This document shows positions 1 to 10,472 of a stretch of 64,000 nt of DNA, one piece after another (the stretch's first letter is position 1; each line of letters begins with the position of its first letter). The notes under the pieces are model-generated. The model was not told the origin of the DNA and made no database searches. It was given only the letters and a program-made list of their open reading frames with translations. Source of the DNA: Candidatus Shapirobacteria bacterium (lineage in GTDB: Bacteria > Patescibacteriota > Microgenomatia > UBA12405); contig JBAZYN010000003.1 in the NCBI GenBank assembly GCA_041659325.1, positions 71,296 to 135,295 on the forward strand. The letters run 5' to 3'. The translations under genes were made by a program, and so were the position numbers.

Positions 1-90
1 CTACGTTCAGGGTAAACTGGCTCAGGGTCGCAATGACCCTCCTACGCTACCGACTTTGCCAAGGCTACGGAGGGCAAGGCGTAATGACGT
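1..90 (+). repeat. Mosaic palindromic intergenic repeat (partial)
   Basis: Contains tcgcaatgac and ccgactttgccaaggctacggagggc modules seen throughout the window. Confidence 0.8.
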
Positions 91-121
91 TGGGGGGGGA
101 AAAAAAGGTGGTAGGACGGGG

Positions 122-517
122 TTATTTTAGTTCCTGATAGAGGGCGTCTAAAAAAGCAATTTTGGGGAGATCTTTTATCTGTTCGATTGTCACCCACTTG
201 TAATCATCGTGTTCTTCGGGATTTAATTTGATTATCCCGCTTTTATACCGGCAAGAATAAACCAATTGGAACTGATGGCGTTCGGGGTTTGATAGGTGAT
301 CGAAGCAGAAAATTATTTTTTCGATATCTACCTCTAAATTAACTTCTTCCCTGATTTCCCTACTTAGGGCATTGACAGCCCTTTCATCAAAATCTATGGA
401 CCCGCCGGGAATATCCCAAACGTTTGACATATAGTCGTTTATAGGTGAGCGGTGGGTGATTAAAAATTTGCCGTCTTTTTTTATAAGACCATGGGCAGCG
501 ACTTTGAAATATGGCAT
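122..517 (-). CDS. NUDIX hydrolase (MutT-like)
   Basis: Nudix box PGGSIDFDERAVNALSREIREEVNL; start moved to ATG 517, which has TAAAAT 5 nt upstream. Confidence 0.85.
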   Translation of the reverse strand: MPYFKVAAHGLIKKDGKFLITHRSPINDYMSNVWDIPGGSIDFDERAVNALSREIREEVNLEVDIEKIIFCFDHLSNPERHQFQLVYSCRYKSGIIKLNPEEHDDYKWVTIEQIKDLPKIAFLDALYQELK

Positions 518-570
518 GGGTAATTTTAACAGTTTTGTTATAATATCGGGTGTTATAAGGTTTAAAAAAT

Positions 571-912
571 ATGAGTCCATTTAAAATAGAAATTGGGGGT
601 GAACCCGGGGGTGAAGAGGTTGATTTACAGGTGGGTGAAGAGGAATCCACACAAAAAGTCCCGTGCGAATTTCAGGTTAGGGGAGGCCAGGGCTTTGTGG
701 CGGCTGGAGCTGATTGGTTTGCGGGCGGCAATGGCAGAGAAGGAAAATATTCTGCCCTTTTAGTTGCTTGTCCCGTGGATTCCATGAAAAGGTTGGTGGT
801 AGGAAAAAACGAGTCTGATACCGCAGAAATGGAGTGGCAGAGATCCACTGGTCCAGTTTTGATACGAGTGACTTTAAGCCGAATTTTACAAGTGGTCGAA
901 AAAGGGCGGTAA
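571..912 (+). CDS. Hypothetical protein
   Basis: 113-aa ORF filling the gap, A-rich leader; no recognised motif. Confidence 0.6.
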   Translation: MSPFKIEIGGEPGGEEVDLQVGEEESTQKVPCEFQVRGGQGFVAAGADWFAGGNGREGKYSALLVACPVDSMKRLVVGKNESDTAEMEWQRSTGPVLIRVTLSRILQVVEKGR

Positions 913-933
913 AAATCTAGAAACGGCTAAATT

Positions 934-1617
934 TTATTGTGTTACACGAACGGTTTTGGAGGGAACCGGGAGTGAAGTCATCTCGGGCAAATTGGCTTTG
1001 ATGATCTCTTTGATTTCGTCTTTGGTGACAAAACCATCGGCACAATAAGTTTGGTTTTCGATGACCTTTTGGAAAACTTCACAGTTTAGACCCATACCGT
1101 ATTGGTTACCCCCGCCCTGAGCGAGACCGGTCTGAACTTTTGGAACTCCGGAGGGCATTTGGAAGCCGGTGGGCATCTGAAAGCCGGAAGGAAGAGGGAT
1201 AGCTTTGTTGCCAAGCATCATGCCCATACCAAGAATTCCCTGGCCTAGTTCGTCATCTTCACAAATAAAACCATAGAACTTTTGGGCGGTTTCACAAGGG
1301 ATGCCTTTGGCAAGATCCTGACCGGATTCGCCCATCATTTGTCTGGTGCCGCCGTCGGAGGTGTCGGTGGTACCCCAACCCCAGGCTTTGGTGCCACTTG
1401 GCATTGGCATAACTTTTGGAGTTTCAGAGTTTTGTCTTTTCACGGTGGTGACTGAAGAACTACCGACGGGTAATTGTTTTAGAATATTTTGCCAACTGAT
1501 GCCTAACACCTGGGAATTTTGGGTGGTCAGCCAGAGCTGAGCTCCCTGAAATAAGGCGAGAGCAAATAAAGAAAATGCGCCGAGGGCGATATAAAGACGA
1601 TTGCTGTTTGGGTTCAT
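934..1617 (-). CDS. Membrane-anchored/secreted hypothetical protein
   Basis: N-terminal TM helix after MNPNSN, short PxGFQM repeat, paired Cys; start reassigned to ATG 1617. Confidence 0.65.
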   Translation of the reverse strand: MNPNSNRLYIALGAFSLFALALFQGAQLWLTTQNSQVLGISWQNILKQLPVGSSSVTTVKRQNSETPKVMPMPSGTKAWGWGTTDTSDGGTRQMMGESGQDLAKGIPCETAQKFYGFICEDDELGQGILGMGMMLGNKAIPLPSGFQMPTGFQMPSGVPKVQTGLAQGGGNQYGMGLNCEVFQKVIENQTYCADGFVTKDEIKEIIKANLPEMTSLPVPSKTVRVTQ

Positions 1618-1693
1618 ATTAATAATATAATGGGCCAAATTTTGAGGGTTGTCAAGAATGAGAGTGACCGAGAATGCCGGAGGAGCAGAAAAA

Positions 1694-2212
1694 TTACTTG
1701 AATTCAAAGTCTTTTATCTCTGCAGCCAGATGGGGCATGGTTTCCGTGACAAGACCGCGAACAACGGCAGAATATCGGCCTGTTCTTTCGGGGCCATAGC
1801 TTGGGGCATATCCTAGAATTAAAGTTGATTCAATCCTTTGGGATCCGGCTTCCGGCTGTTCGGTGTATGACCACTGGTCGCCGTCTAACCGATTCCTGAC
1901 TAGAAACTCGGAACTGAAAAAATCGTCGCTGATCATAACAGGATCGAGATGCGCCGCTTTGACCTCCCCTACAACAAGCGAAAGAACGAAAAGCCGAGAG
2001 GCCTCCAGATTTGGAAATGATAATCTTAGCCAGCCGGAATTTTGTTTCAAACGGGTACCGGCAAACCATGGAGTCAGGTCTATTTTGTCCATACTTTCTA
2101 CAACTTCCGCAGGAGAAGACGGGTAATTGGTACCAAAAATTTCGTGTAAAAGCGGTTGATCGGCGGGGGCGGGGGCAGTATGGATTTTATCGACTTCAGA
2201 TTGTGCGGACAT
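1694..2212 (-). CDS. Hypothetical protein
   Basis: 172-aa ORF directly downstream of rpoD. Confidence 0.6.
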   Translation of the reverse strand: MSAQSEVDKIHTAPAPADQPLLHEIFGTNYPSSPAEVVESMDKIDLTPWFAGTRLKQNSGWLRLSFPNLEASRLFVLSLVVGEVKAAHLDPVMISDDFFSSEFLVRNRLDGDQWSYTEQPEAGSQRIESTLILGYAPSYGPERTGRYSAVVRGLVTETMPHLAAEIKDFEFK

Positions 2213-2239
2213 TTTTAAAAAGGTGACTTGCTGATGTGA

Positions 2240-3325
2240 TTATTCTAAATAATCCATGAGCTTTTTTCTACGGGAAGGGTGCCTTAATTTTCGCAGGGCT
2301 TTTGCCTCGATTTGACGAATACGCTCGCGGGTGACATTGAAAATCTTGCCGACTTCCTCGAGAGTTTTGGGGGTTTCCCCCATCAAACCAAAGCGGAGAG
2401 ATAAAACTTTTGATTCCCGCTCGTCGAGGCTATCGAGAACTTCCTCGATGGATTCGCGCAATAATTCTTTTGAAGTTTCTTCGTAGGGAGAGGGCTGGGT
2501 GGTGTCTTCGATAAAGTCACCTAAAAATGAGTCTTCATCGTCGCCGACCGGAGTGGCCAGAGAAGTAGTGTCCTGAGAGATCCGATAAATTTCTTCTACT
2601 TTTTCGATAGTAACCCCAACCTCTTCGGCGATTTCGTCGATGGTCGGCTCGCGGCCTAGTTTTTGGGTAAGGGCGCGGGTGGCTTTGTAAACTTTGTTGA
2701 TGGTTTCCACCATATGAACGGGAATACGGATGGTTTTGGCCTGGTCGGCGATAGCGCGGGTAATAGCCTGACGTATCCACCAGGTGGCATAGGTGGAAAA
2801 CTTGAAACCCCGGTGCCAATCAAATTTTTCGACAGCGCGCATAAGGCCTTGATTGCCTTCCTGAACCAAATCAAGAAAAGTCAAACCGCGGCCGATATAT
2901 TTTTTGGCAATGGAAACAACAAGCCTTAAATTGGCATTGATTAAGTCAGCCCGGGCGACCTGAGAACCTTTTTCGATTTCTTTGGCTAATCTGACCTCGT
3001 CTTCGAAAACCAAAAGATCGATTTTGCCAATCTCTTTGAGATACATGCGGACCGAGTCGATACTGCCTTTGGGAGACAGTAGGGCCAAAAGATCGGCGCT
3101 ATTGAGTTTTTGTTTTTCGGCCTCGATGGCTTCTTTGGATTCGACTTTGTCGAAAACATCGACACCACGCTCGAAAAGATAATTAAAAACATCATCTACC
3201 TGCTCAATATATTTTTCCGGCTCGGGAATAAGAGCGATGATTTCTTCGTTGGTAAGATAGTGGAGCTTTTTGGCCTGGGCGACTAGGGTTTGTTTTATCT
3301 TGGAAAAATCTAGGGTAGCTGGCAT
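2240..3325 (-). CDS. rpoD: RNA polymerase primary sigma factor
   Basis: [62 protein letters not shown]. Confidence 0.98.
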   Translation of the reverse strand: MPATLDFSKIKQTLVAQAKKLHYLTNEEIIALIPEPEKYIEQVDDVFNYLFERGVDVFDKVESKEAIEAEKQKLNSADLLALLSPKGSIDSVRMYLKEIGKIDLLVFEDEVRLAKEIEKGSQVARADLINANLRLVVSIAKKYIGRGLTFLDLVQEGNQGLMRAVEKFDWHRGFKFSTYATWWIRQAITRAIADQAKTIRIPVHMVETINKVYKATRALTQKLGREPTIDEIAEEVGVTIEKVEEIYRISQDTTSLATPVGDDEDSFLGDFIEDTTQPSPYEETSKELLRESIEEVLDSLDERESKVLSLRFGLMGETPKTLEEVGKIFNVTRERIRQIEAKALRKLRHPSRRKKLMDYLE

Positions 3326-3357
3326 CGGTGTATTGTATATGAAATTATTGAGTAAAT

Positions 3358-5151
3358 CTACCTTTTTTGGGACTGAAAAGCAGCAAGTTTTGCAAGTAGC
3401 TGGTTGTACTCGGACTCGATGCTTTTTAAATCGACTTCATCGTCTGAGTTTTCACTATTGGCAATAACCGTACTGAGATTGTTTAGTTTATCCTTTAAAT
3501 AGATAATATTCAACTGGCTGATGGTCTTTTTTATTTCCCGGGTTTTTTTGCCGGATTCGAAGTTTTGAGACTCGGCGGCAATGAAAAGACTTTGAAAAGT
3601 ATCCCTAATTTCGGGCGGAAGAGTATCGCGGAAGGTTTTGGGGTCAAATTTTTTGGTTTTTTGCAGGGTATCGGCGATGGTTTTGAAGCGGGGGGTGTCA
3701 AAAAGGGAGAGATCGGCGGCGTGTTTTTTGGCGACTTTGGAGGGATCCCGGCAGGAAATAATGAGAATTAAAAGAATTTCTTCCAGTTTTTCTTTTTTGG
3801 GAGGACCGGAGGGAGTGGCTGATACGGGAGCGGAAACGGTGATATTGGACTTGGAGTATGAGCTATATTTGGCCGACTCGGCAACCACGGCCTCTTCTTT
3901 GGAGCCGACACGGTTTGCCAGTTTCCCCAAATAATCGGATTTGGTAACAGCGTCGGAAATTCGGGCTAAAAAGGGCAGGACGGCGGCCATAATTTGGCTC
4001 TTACCGCGGGAAGTGGCAATACCAAAATTTTTGATACTGGAGTCTATAATAAAATCCCAGATAGGCACGGCCTTGGAAAGCCTGGAACGGAAAAAATCGG
4101 GATCGGCCTTGACGGCCTCGTCGGGATCTTTGTATTTGCCTTCTAGATCAATTACCCGGATGTCAAAACCGAGATTATCGGCCAATTCAATGCTTTTTTT
4201 GGCGGCATTGTTGCCGGCGAAATCAGAATCAAGACCAAGAATAAGGGTGTCGGTATAACGTTTGAGAAGTTGGAGCTGATCCTGGGTAAAGGCAGTACCT
4301 TTGAGAGCGACAATGTTTTGGATACCTATCTGGTAGGGAGAGATCATATCAAACTCCCCTTCGACGATGACAACTGAGGATTTGGTTCTTATGGCTTCTT
4401 TGGCTAAATTAAGGCCAAAAAGCATTTGGCTTTTGTGATAAATTTCGGTTTCGGGAGAGTTTATATATTTGGCCATGTTTTGATTGGGGGCGAAAGGGAG
4501 AATCCGGCCGGAGAAGCCCAAAACCCGGTCGCGATAATCGGTGAGAGCAAAGGTGAGGCGGCCCTGAAAGCGGTCGTAGAAACCGCCTGATTTGTACTGA
4601 CTTTGGCCGAAGGTACCGGTGGATAAAAGCTCCCGGATGGTATAACCCTTTTTTTGAAGAAAATTGGCTATGAGCCTGGAATCGGTGGGGGCAAAACCAA
4701 TTTGAAATAGCTTGATTGATTCCCTTGTTACCCCTCTGTCTAAAACATAATCAAGGGCCTTTTGGCCCAGAGGATGGGATAAAAGAATATAGTTGTAGAA
4801 TTTGGCAACGTGGCTGTTGATTTCGATGAGGATTTTTTTGGCGGCTTCTTCGCGACTGATATCCTCATTTTGTTGGAGTTTTACCCCAGCGATTTTGGCC
4901 AGCTGCTCGAGAGATTCGCGAAAAGATATGTGCTCGTATTCCTGCAAAAAAGTAAAGGCATCACCGGCTTTGCCGCAACCAAAACATTTGAAAATTTGTA
5001 GCTCGGGAGAAACTAAAAACGAAGGGGTTTTTTCACCATGAAATGGACAATTGGTGACATAGTGGCGGCCCCTTTTTTTTAGCGGTAAATATGCGGATAT
5101 TACATTGACAATGTCTATTTTTTGCTTGATTTCGTCGACCTGATTTTCCAC
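3358..5151 (-). CDS. dnaG: DNA primase
   Basis: [11 protein letters not shown]...CFGC Zn finger, [19 protein letters not shown] and DSDFAG; dnaG-rpoD synteny. Confidence 0.98.
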   Translation of the reverse strand: MENQVDEIKQKIDIVNVISAYLPLKKRGRHYVTNCPFHGEKTPSFLVSPELQIFKCFGCGKAGDAFTFLQEYEHISFRESLEQLAKIAGVKLQQNEDISREEAAKKILIEINSHVAKFYNYILLSHPLGQKALDYVLDRGVTRESIKLFQIGFAPTDSRLIANFLQKKGYTIRELLSTGTFGQSQYKSGGFYDRFQGRLTFALTDYRDRVLGFSGRILPFAPNQNMAKYINSPETEIYHKSQMLFGLNLAKEAIRTKSSVVIVEGEFDMISPYQIGIQNIVALKGTAFTQDQLQLLKRYTDTLILGLDSDFAGNNAAKKSIELADNLGFDIRVIDLEGKYKDPDEAVKADPDFFRSRLSKAVPIWDFIIDSSIKNFGIATSRGKSQIMAAVLPFLARISDAVTKSDYLGKLANRVGSKEEAVVAESAKYSSYSKSNITVSAPVSATPSGPPKKEKLEEILLILIISCRDPSKVAKKHAADLSLFDTPRFKTIADTLQKTKKFDPKTFRDTLPPEIRDTFQSLFIAAESQNFESGKKTREIKKTISQLNIIYLKDKLNNLSTVIANSENSDDEVDLKSIESEYNQLLAKLAAFQSQKR

Positions 5152-5169
5152 TGAGTAATTGTAGCATTC

Positions 5170-5320
5170 AAACCCTAACCCTACCCTTTCCCTTGACAGG
5201 GCAAGGGATAATTGAAATCAAAACATCCCCCTGCCTGCCGGCAGGCAGGGATTGCCACGTCGTTCCACTCCTTCCGCCAAAGGCGGAGAAGCGCAATGAC
5301 GGGTAAGAAGCAATGACGGA
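5170..5320 (+). repeat. Mosaic palindromic intergenic repeat
   Basis: ccctttcccttgacagggcaaggg hairpin, cctgcctgccggcaggcagg palindrome, gattgccac...cgcaatgac module. Confidence 0.85.
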
Positions 5321-5369
5321 AGGGGTTAACTGAATACGAGGAGGAGGTCATTTGGTTGAAACCCATCTA

Positions 5370-5726
5370 TTATGCCTGAGTGACAATATCCGCTAGCGCC
5401 TGGCAACCATCTCTTTCTGGACTATTATAATTTGCTCTAAGAATAGGCTGTCCGTCTTTAGTGTGGGAAATAATGGTTACTTCGTTTCCGATCTGTTTAC
5501 GAATTTCGCTTGCGACGGCTTGTCCATCTCGTCTACTAGTGCCCAAATTATCAGCCACAATTACAACTGCCCGTTCAGGAATACGAGGAATTAGCGCTAA
5601 AGCTTTTTCTAGGGAATCTGCAGTTTCACGAACACTGTGACCATTTCTTTCTAAAGTAGCTCTGGTTATTTCTATTTGATCGGGATTACGTTTGATAAGA
5701 TAAGTTTCTGCGTGAGACGGTGACAT
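5370..5726 (-). CDS. Receiver (CheY)-like protein, degenerate
   Basis: Pattern LERNGHSV..ADSLEKAL..VVIVADNLG..DGQAVA..IISHT resembles receiver domains; acidic site residues missing. Confidence 0.5.
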   Translation of the reverse strand: MSPSHAETYLIKRNPDQIEITRATLERNGHSVRETADSLEKALALIPRIPERAVVIVADNLGTSRRDGQAVASEIRKQIGNEVTIISHTKDGQPILRANYNSPERDGCQALADIVTQA

Positions 5727-5824
5727 GTATTGGTATGATACAAAAAGATGGTGGTAAAAGCAAGAAAGGGACCGAAGGTGGGGAGAGACAAATAATTTTG
5801 TAATCAGTAATCGGTAAGAAAGGT

Positions 5825-5848
5825 TTAGCCGAATTCGAGAATGAGTCC
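5825..5848 (-). pseudogene. Displaced 3'-end copy of the permease gene (GLILEFG*)
   Basis: Matches 5918-5941 (GLLLEFG*) with synonymous differences. Confidence 0.7.
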
Positions 5849-5917
5849 GTGCAATCCAAATCCCTCTTTAATTCTCCCTTTGACAAGGGAGAACATTGAT
5901 TATTGCCAGGGGAGGGT

Positions 5918-7000
5918 TTAGCCGAATTCGAGTAATAAACCAAAAGTAAGAGATACAAAGATAAGAACTGCAAGAAGGAAGGTGACAGGTCGGGGATTGA
6001 TTCTTAGGCGGATGGCGCAAATCATGAGAGCAGAAACATATATGGTGATGGCGCCGGTAAGAGAAATTACCTGGATGAAGGGGACGGAAAATAGAAAAAG
6101 GCTAAGAAATGGAATAGCCAGGGGAAGAATTTGCGAAACAGGTTTTGAGAGACGGAAGTCACGATAAAAGAGCTCACGGAAGACTAAGAGAAAATTGAGA
6201 GAAGCTTCGTAGGTAATTAGAAGTCCAAAAACCGCCAGGCATCTCCCCAACCAGGGAGAGACTTTGAAGATGCCTGTGATCGAATCTACGGACAGAGAAA
6301 AACCGCTAAGCCGAATAACGGAAAAACTGAAAATTAAATAAATTAGTGAAACTAAAAGCAAACCGATAAGGGAGGCCAGGACGGTGTGTTTGGATTTGTC
6401 GGGCTGACCGCGAAAAAGCTCCTCTATTTCGGGAATTATAGTAAAACCACTGAGGGCAAAAATAAGAGAACCGAAAAAAGAAAAATTGGGGACAACCGAG
6501 CTGAGAGCCGGAGGAAGAGCTTGCAGGGCGGCAGAGAGAATTAGAAGAGGAACAAGAAGGATGGCGATGGGGATAATGTTTTCCAGGCGGCGGATGAGAT
6601 CGAAACGGTAGAGATGGCTAAAAGCCAGCAGAATTATGAAAATCACTGAGGCGGCAAAAAGCGGAATATAGGGGAAAAGAATGACTAAAAAATTTGAGAA
6701 AAGCTTGATATAAGCAATGGTGGCACCAAGACCGAGCAGAAGAATATTGAGGGAGGCAAGAGTTTTGAAATTTTTGCCAAGATAGATTTGGGCGTAACCG
6801 GAAAACTGATGATCCCCGGCCGTGTTTAAAACAACTTCGAGATAAAAGTAATTTATGAAACCGGAGACGATGGTGAGAATTCCCAAAAATATCAGAGAAA
6901 AATAAAAATCCGATTTGTAAAAAAGATAAGGCAGGGCGAAAATTCCGGCGCCGACAGTGCCGTAAAATTGGAGAAAGACGGCCTTTGAAAAGCGGGACAT
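5918..7000 (-). CDS. Aromatic amino acid/H+ permease family (Mtr/TyrP-like)
   Basis: N-terminal GTVGAGIFALPY, FALSGFTIIPEI, about 11 TM segments. Confidence 0.8.
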   Translation of the reverse strand: MSRFSKAVFLQFYGTVGAGIFALPYLFYKSDFYFSLIFLGILTIVSGFINYFYLEVVLNTAGDHQFSGYAQIYLGKNFKTLASLNILLLGLGATIAYIKLFSNFLVILFPYIPLFAASVIFIILLAFSHLYRFDLIRRLENIIPIAILLVPLLILSAALQALPPALSSVVPNFSFFGSLIFALSGFTIIPEIEELFRGQPDKSKHTVLASLIGLLLVSLIYLIFSFSVIRLSGFSLSVDSITGIFKVSPWLGRCLAVFGLLITYEASLNFLLVFRELFYRDFRLSKPVSQILPLAIPFLSLFLFSVPFIQVISLTGAITIYVSALMICAIRLRINPRPVTFLLAVLIFVSLTFGLLLEFG

Positions 7001-7006
7001 TGGTTA

Positions 7007-7146
7007 AGTATAGAGTCTAAAAGTCTTAAAGTCGAAAGTCTAAAGTTTAAAGCCAGCATAAACAAATTAATAATTAACAATTAACAGATTTGTATCTGTA
7101 ATCGGTAATCAGTAATTGGTAATTAGTAATCTGTAAACTGTAATTA
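7007..7146 (+). repeat. Degenerate octamer (aaagtcta) and heptamer (gtaattg/gtaatcg) tandem arrays
   Basis: Directly visible tandem units; similar arrays recur across the window. Confidence 0.8.
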
Positions 7147-7256
7147 GCCTTAGCTGTAAGCGAGTGCACTAAATCCCTCTTAAAATTTCAATTTGTCCCG
7201 CCCGTCGGACAGGCAGGAGCAATCTTAAAACAACTCTACTATTTCAATCCTGTAAG

Positions 7257-7386
7257 GATTGCTTCGTCGCCTGAAAGGCTTCTCGCAATGACGGGGGCGG
7301 AAGATTGCCACTCCTTCCCTTCAACTATGTTCAGGGCAAGCCCTTCGACAAGCTCAGGATAAACTAGCTCAGGGTCGCAATGACGG
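7257..7386 (+). repeat. Two gattgc...cgcaatgac modules with nested cttcgacaagctcagg hairpins
   Basis: Directly visible. Confidence 0.85.
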
Positions 7387-7433
7387 GGAAAAGGGAAATT
7401 AAGAATTTAAAAAAACAAAAAACCAGGAAAGCT

Positions 7434-7549
7434 CTAATTTCCCTCGAAGCGGCGGTGGCGGCGGTTGAACTCGATGGCGGCGTCGACAATTTTTGAGGGA
7501 TTAAAATCGGGGAAATGATCTTTTTCAAAATAGAATTCGGCATAGGCGT
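7434..7549 (-). pseudogene. Displaced 116-bp 3'-end allele of uppS
   Basis: Aligns to 8291-8406 with 9 mismatches by my count; encodes AYAEFYFEKDHFPDFNPSKIVDAAIEFNRRHRRFEGN*. Confidence 0.9.
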
Positions 7550-7567
7550 AATTTATAAAAATATCGA

Positions 7568-8284
7568 TTAGTGGTGGAAAAACTGACGGACGGAAAGAAG
7601 TAGATAGTTAGTGGCAGCCGAAACGAATAGGATGCCCTGCAATGCCTTGTTTGTGAGGGACTTTTCGCCTTTTTCTGTCCCGGGGGTGTTTGGATCGATT
7701 AGCTTTATACCTTCTTGGGTTTTGAATAGATTATTGGAGTGGCGGAGAGAAAAAACAGCCCTGTCGACGATAAAAAGAAGTGACATCTTGTCGGGGACAC
7801 TTTCGTCCCTTCCGATTAAATCGTAATTTACTCCATATCTTAAATAGCATTTCATTGAATCGAATAAAATACATCTAAGCTGTGTGATATCGGCAGGCGG
7901 TAAACTCAAAATCCCCTTTAGCCCGAGTTTATTAAGAGGAGTACCTTCGACAAACTGCTGTATTCGGGCAATCCGGCTTGTCCCGGGAGCAGTACCCCCA
8001 ACAACCAGATAAGATTGAGCGACTATGGATTGTCTGGCTTGTTCCCCTGCGGTCCTTAACGTCAACTCTTCCAGAGTCCGTAATTTTTTTGCTTCGTTCC
8101 AAGCCTGATGCGGAGTATGGTCCCAAAAATTGTCCTTGGCGACCTTGACCACTACACCTTGGCCACTATCCGGAAGATAAACATTGGTTGATTTAGATTC
8201 GGTAGTGTTGTGATGATGATTCAAGTCAAACGGTAATCCCTGAGTATCAGACGAACGGTCGATCGACATATCTGATGATATCAA
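7568..8284 (-). CDS. Hypothetical protein with atypical protein-kinase-like motifs
   Basis: VVVK, QQFVEG, YDL, SNN, KLIDP in kinase-fold order. Confidence 0.5.
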   Translation of the reverse strand: MISSDMSIDRSSDTQGLPFDLNHHHNTTESKSTNVYLPDSGQGVVVKVAKDNFWDHTPHQAWNEAKKLRTLEELTLRTAGEQARQSIVAQSYLVVGGTAPGTSRIARIQQFVEGTPLNKLGLKGILSLPPADITQLRCILFDSMKCYLRYGVNYDLIGRDESVPDKMSLLFIVDRAVFSLRHSNNLFKTQEGIKLIDPNTPGTEKGEKSLTNKALQGILFVSAATNYLLLSVRQFFHH

Positions 8285-8290
8285 AATTTG

Positions 8291-9019
8291 TTAATTTCCC
8301 CCGAAGCGGCGGTGGCGGCGGTTGAACTCGATGACAGCGTCAATGATTTTTGACGGATTGAAATCGGGGAAATGATCTTTTTCAAAATAGAATTCGGCAT
8401 AGGCGTTTTGCCAGGACATGAAGCCCGATAGGCGCTGTTCACCGGAGCTGCGGATAATAAGATCGGGATTGGGATAGGGCTGATTTTGCAGATTGAGATA
8501 TTTGTCGATCAACTGTTGATCGACTTTGTCCGGACTGATTTTGTCGGCGACAATGGCAGAAACAACGCGGGTAATTTCGTCTTTGCCGCCGTAATCGAGG
8601 CATATATTGAAAACATGATCGGTAAAGTGAGCGGTGTCGGCTTCGGCTTTGGCGATAGCTGAGGCCAAACTTTTGGGAATACGGTCTTTACGGCCACGGT
8701 GGATAATTTTTACTTTTTCTTTTTTGGCGGAGTCAATTTGTTTTTTGAGAAAAAGCTCGTAGAGCTTCATGAGATAGGCAATTTCTTCTGCTGACCGGTT
8801 CCAGTTTTCGGTGGAAAAACACCAGACGGAGACGGTGTGAACGCCGATTTCCCAACAAGCTTCGGTAACTTCAACAGCGGCATCAAAACCCTTTTTGTGG
8901 CCTTCGAGGGTATACATGCCCCTGGCTTTGGCCCAACGACGGTTACCATCGGGAATTATGGCGATATGGTGGGGAATTTCTGAATTTTCAGGCAAGGAAA
9001 GATTCCATTTTGATTTCAT
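8291..9019 (-). CDS. uppS: Undecaprenyl/polyprenyl diphosphate synthase
   Basis: HIAIIPDGNRRWA, FSTENWNRS, PDLIIRSSGEQRLSGF, RRFGG. Confidence 0.97.
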   Translation of the reverse strand: MKSKWNLSLPENSEIPHHIAIIPDGNRRWAKARGMYTLEGHKKGFDAAVEVTEACWEIGVHTVSVWCFSTENWNRSAEEIAYLMKLYELFLKKQIDSAKKEKVKIIHRGRKDRIPKSLASAIAKAEADTAHFTDHVFNICLDYGGKDEITRVVSAIVADKISPDKVDQQLIDKYLNLQNQPYPNPDLIIRSSGEQRLSGFMSWQNAYAEFYFEKDHFPDFNPSKIIDAVIEFNRRHRRFGGN

Positions 9020-9048
9020 TAAAGATTACGTCGGATAAAATTATAAAA

Positions 9049-10167
9049 TCATTCCGAGGCTTTGCGGAGCTTGGTTATTTTGAATAGATATGGAGAGACA
9101 ATATAGAGAACTTCGAAAGTGGCCACCGATAACTCGAAGGCACTGGGAATGTTGCTAGTAACGATATATGCGCCGATACCAAGAATGACGGCGTTTTTGA
9201 AGGTTTGATCCATCTTGATTTTGTAAACTTTGTTGATTGCCTCTTGAGCGATAGAGGCTTTTTGGGCGGTATCGGAAGCTTTGGCGGCGCCGGTATAACC
9301 AGCGTGGTAGGTTGTGAGAAATGTACCAATGGCGGTGATTAGATTCATGGTACTGTTTTGACGGGTCAAATCCGCCATAAGAGTAACCCCCTGAAAGGAG
9401 GTGGGGAGGTGACGAAGGATAATAGTGGAGAGGATAAAAAGAGTGCCGCTGAAACCACCAATTTTTAGTAACATCCGGTTGTAGTTGATGCGGGCGGAGA
9501 GAATTTTTTTATTGCGCGAAAAGATAAATTTGACAAGGCGCCAAAGAAACCGGCCGAGAACGAAAAACAAAGTCATACCAAGCCAAATTTTGGCGATGGT
9601 TAACCAATCAAGGGCATAACTTTCGGTGACTTTGAAAAAAGGGAGGCGGAAGTCGGTGCCGCGAAGAGGATAGTCGGGATATTTGACGAAATCATAGAGG
9701 AGTTTTGGATCAAGGGGGGTGTTGTAAAAATCGATAAGAAATATCCGGCCGGCGGAAAAGAAGGCAATAGCATTGACAATAAAATTGAAAACATAAAAGA
9801 CGATAGTGGCATCTCCCTTTCTTATCTTTTCGGTAAAGACGAAGTACTGGTCATTTTCTTTGGTATTTTCCAGTAGTTCCTCGAAGACTTTGAGCCTGGT
9901 GTCGAAGAAGTCACCTAAAAGACGGAGAGGCATAAAAGCAAGATTTTGGATAACACCGATAAGGAGGACGGAAACCCAGATTTGGCCGGTAAAGTTGTAA
10001 AGGGTAAAAAAGATACTGGCGTACAAACGAAAGCTGCCGCCGCGGAAAAACCAGATAAAAATGGCAAAAAGAAAAATTATGAGGGCGGAAGTAAGGAGTG
10101 GCAGCCAGAGACGGCTGTTGTCGATATTCCTGATTTTGGAGATTGATTGGTCGCTACCGGTATCCAC
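9049..10167 (-). CDS. Polytopic membrane protein, possibly divergent YidC/Oxa1-like
   Basis: FTLYNFTGQIWVSVLLIGVIQNLAFMPL resembles YidC TM1; several TMs. Confidence 0.45.
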   Translation of the reverse strand: MDTGSDQSISKIRNIDNSRLWLPLLTSALIIFLFAIFIWFFRGGSFRLYASIFFTLYNFTGQIWVSVLLIGVIQNLAFMPLRLLGDFFDTRLKVFEELLENTKENDQYFVFTEKIRKGDATIVFYVFNFIVNAIAFFSAGRIFLIDFYNTPLDPKLLYDFVKYPDYPLRGTDFRLPFFKVTESYALDWLTIAKIWLGMTLFFVLGRFLWRLVKFIFSRNKKILSARINYNRMLLKIGGFSGTLFILSTIILRHLPTSFQGVTLMADLTRQNSTMNLITAIGTFLTTYHAGYTGAAKASDTAQKASIAQEAINKVYKIKMDQTFKNAVILGIGAYIVTSNIPSAFELSVATFEVLYIVSPYLFKITKLRKASE

Positions 10168-10179
10168 TATGTGATTATA

Positions 10180-10420
10180 ACGAATTACGAATTAATAATT
10201 ACGAATTACGAATTATCAGGTAATCTGTAATTGGTAACCGGTAATCGGTAACCAGCTCAATTAAATCCACCCCTATCCCCTCCTTTGAAGAAAGGAGGGG
10301 CACTACTCGTCATTGTGAATGAATAGAGGGAATGTGACGATCTCGTGTTTCTTGCCGTAAACCATGCCTGCCGGCAGGCAGGGATTGCCACTCCGCCAGT
10401 TGGCGGATCGCAATGACGGG
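10180..10420 (+). repeat. Heptamer arrays followed by the composite ~140-bp repeat unit
   Basis: acgaatt and gtaat arrays, then cccctcctttgaagaaaggagggg ... gattgccac...cgcaatgac. Confidence 0.9.
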
Positions 10421-10472
10421 GTATGGAAGAAGTACTGGCTGAAAGGGCGAGTTTGACTTATACTTTGTAAGT

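Noticed and set aside
7434-8406. uppS duplicate as a diversity-generating retroelement TR/VR pair
   Set aside because: Mismatches are not adenine-specific on either copy, are mostly silent, and no reverse transcriptase is in the window.
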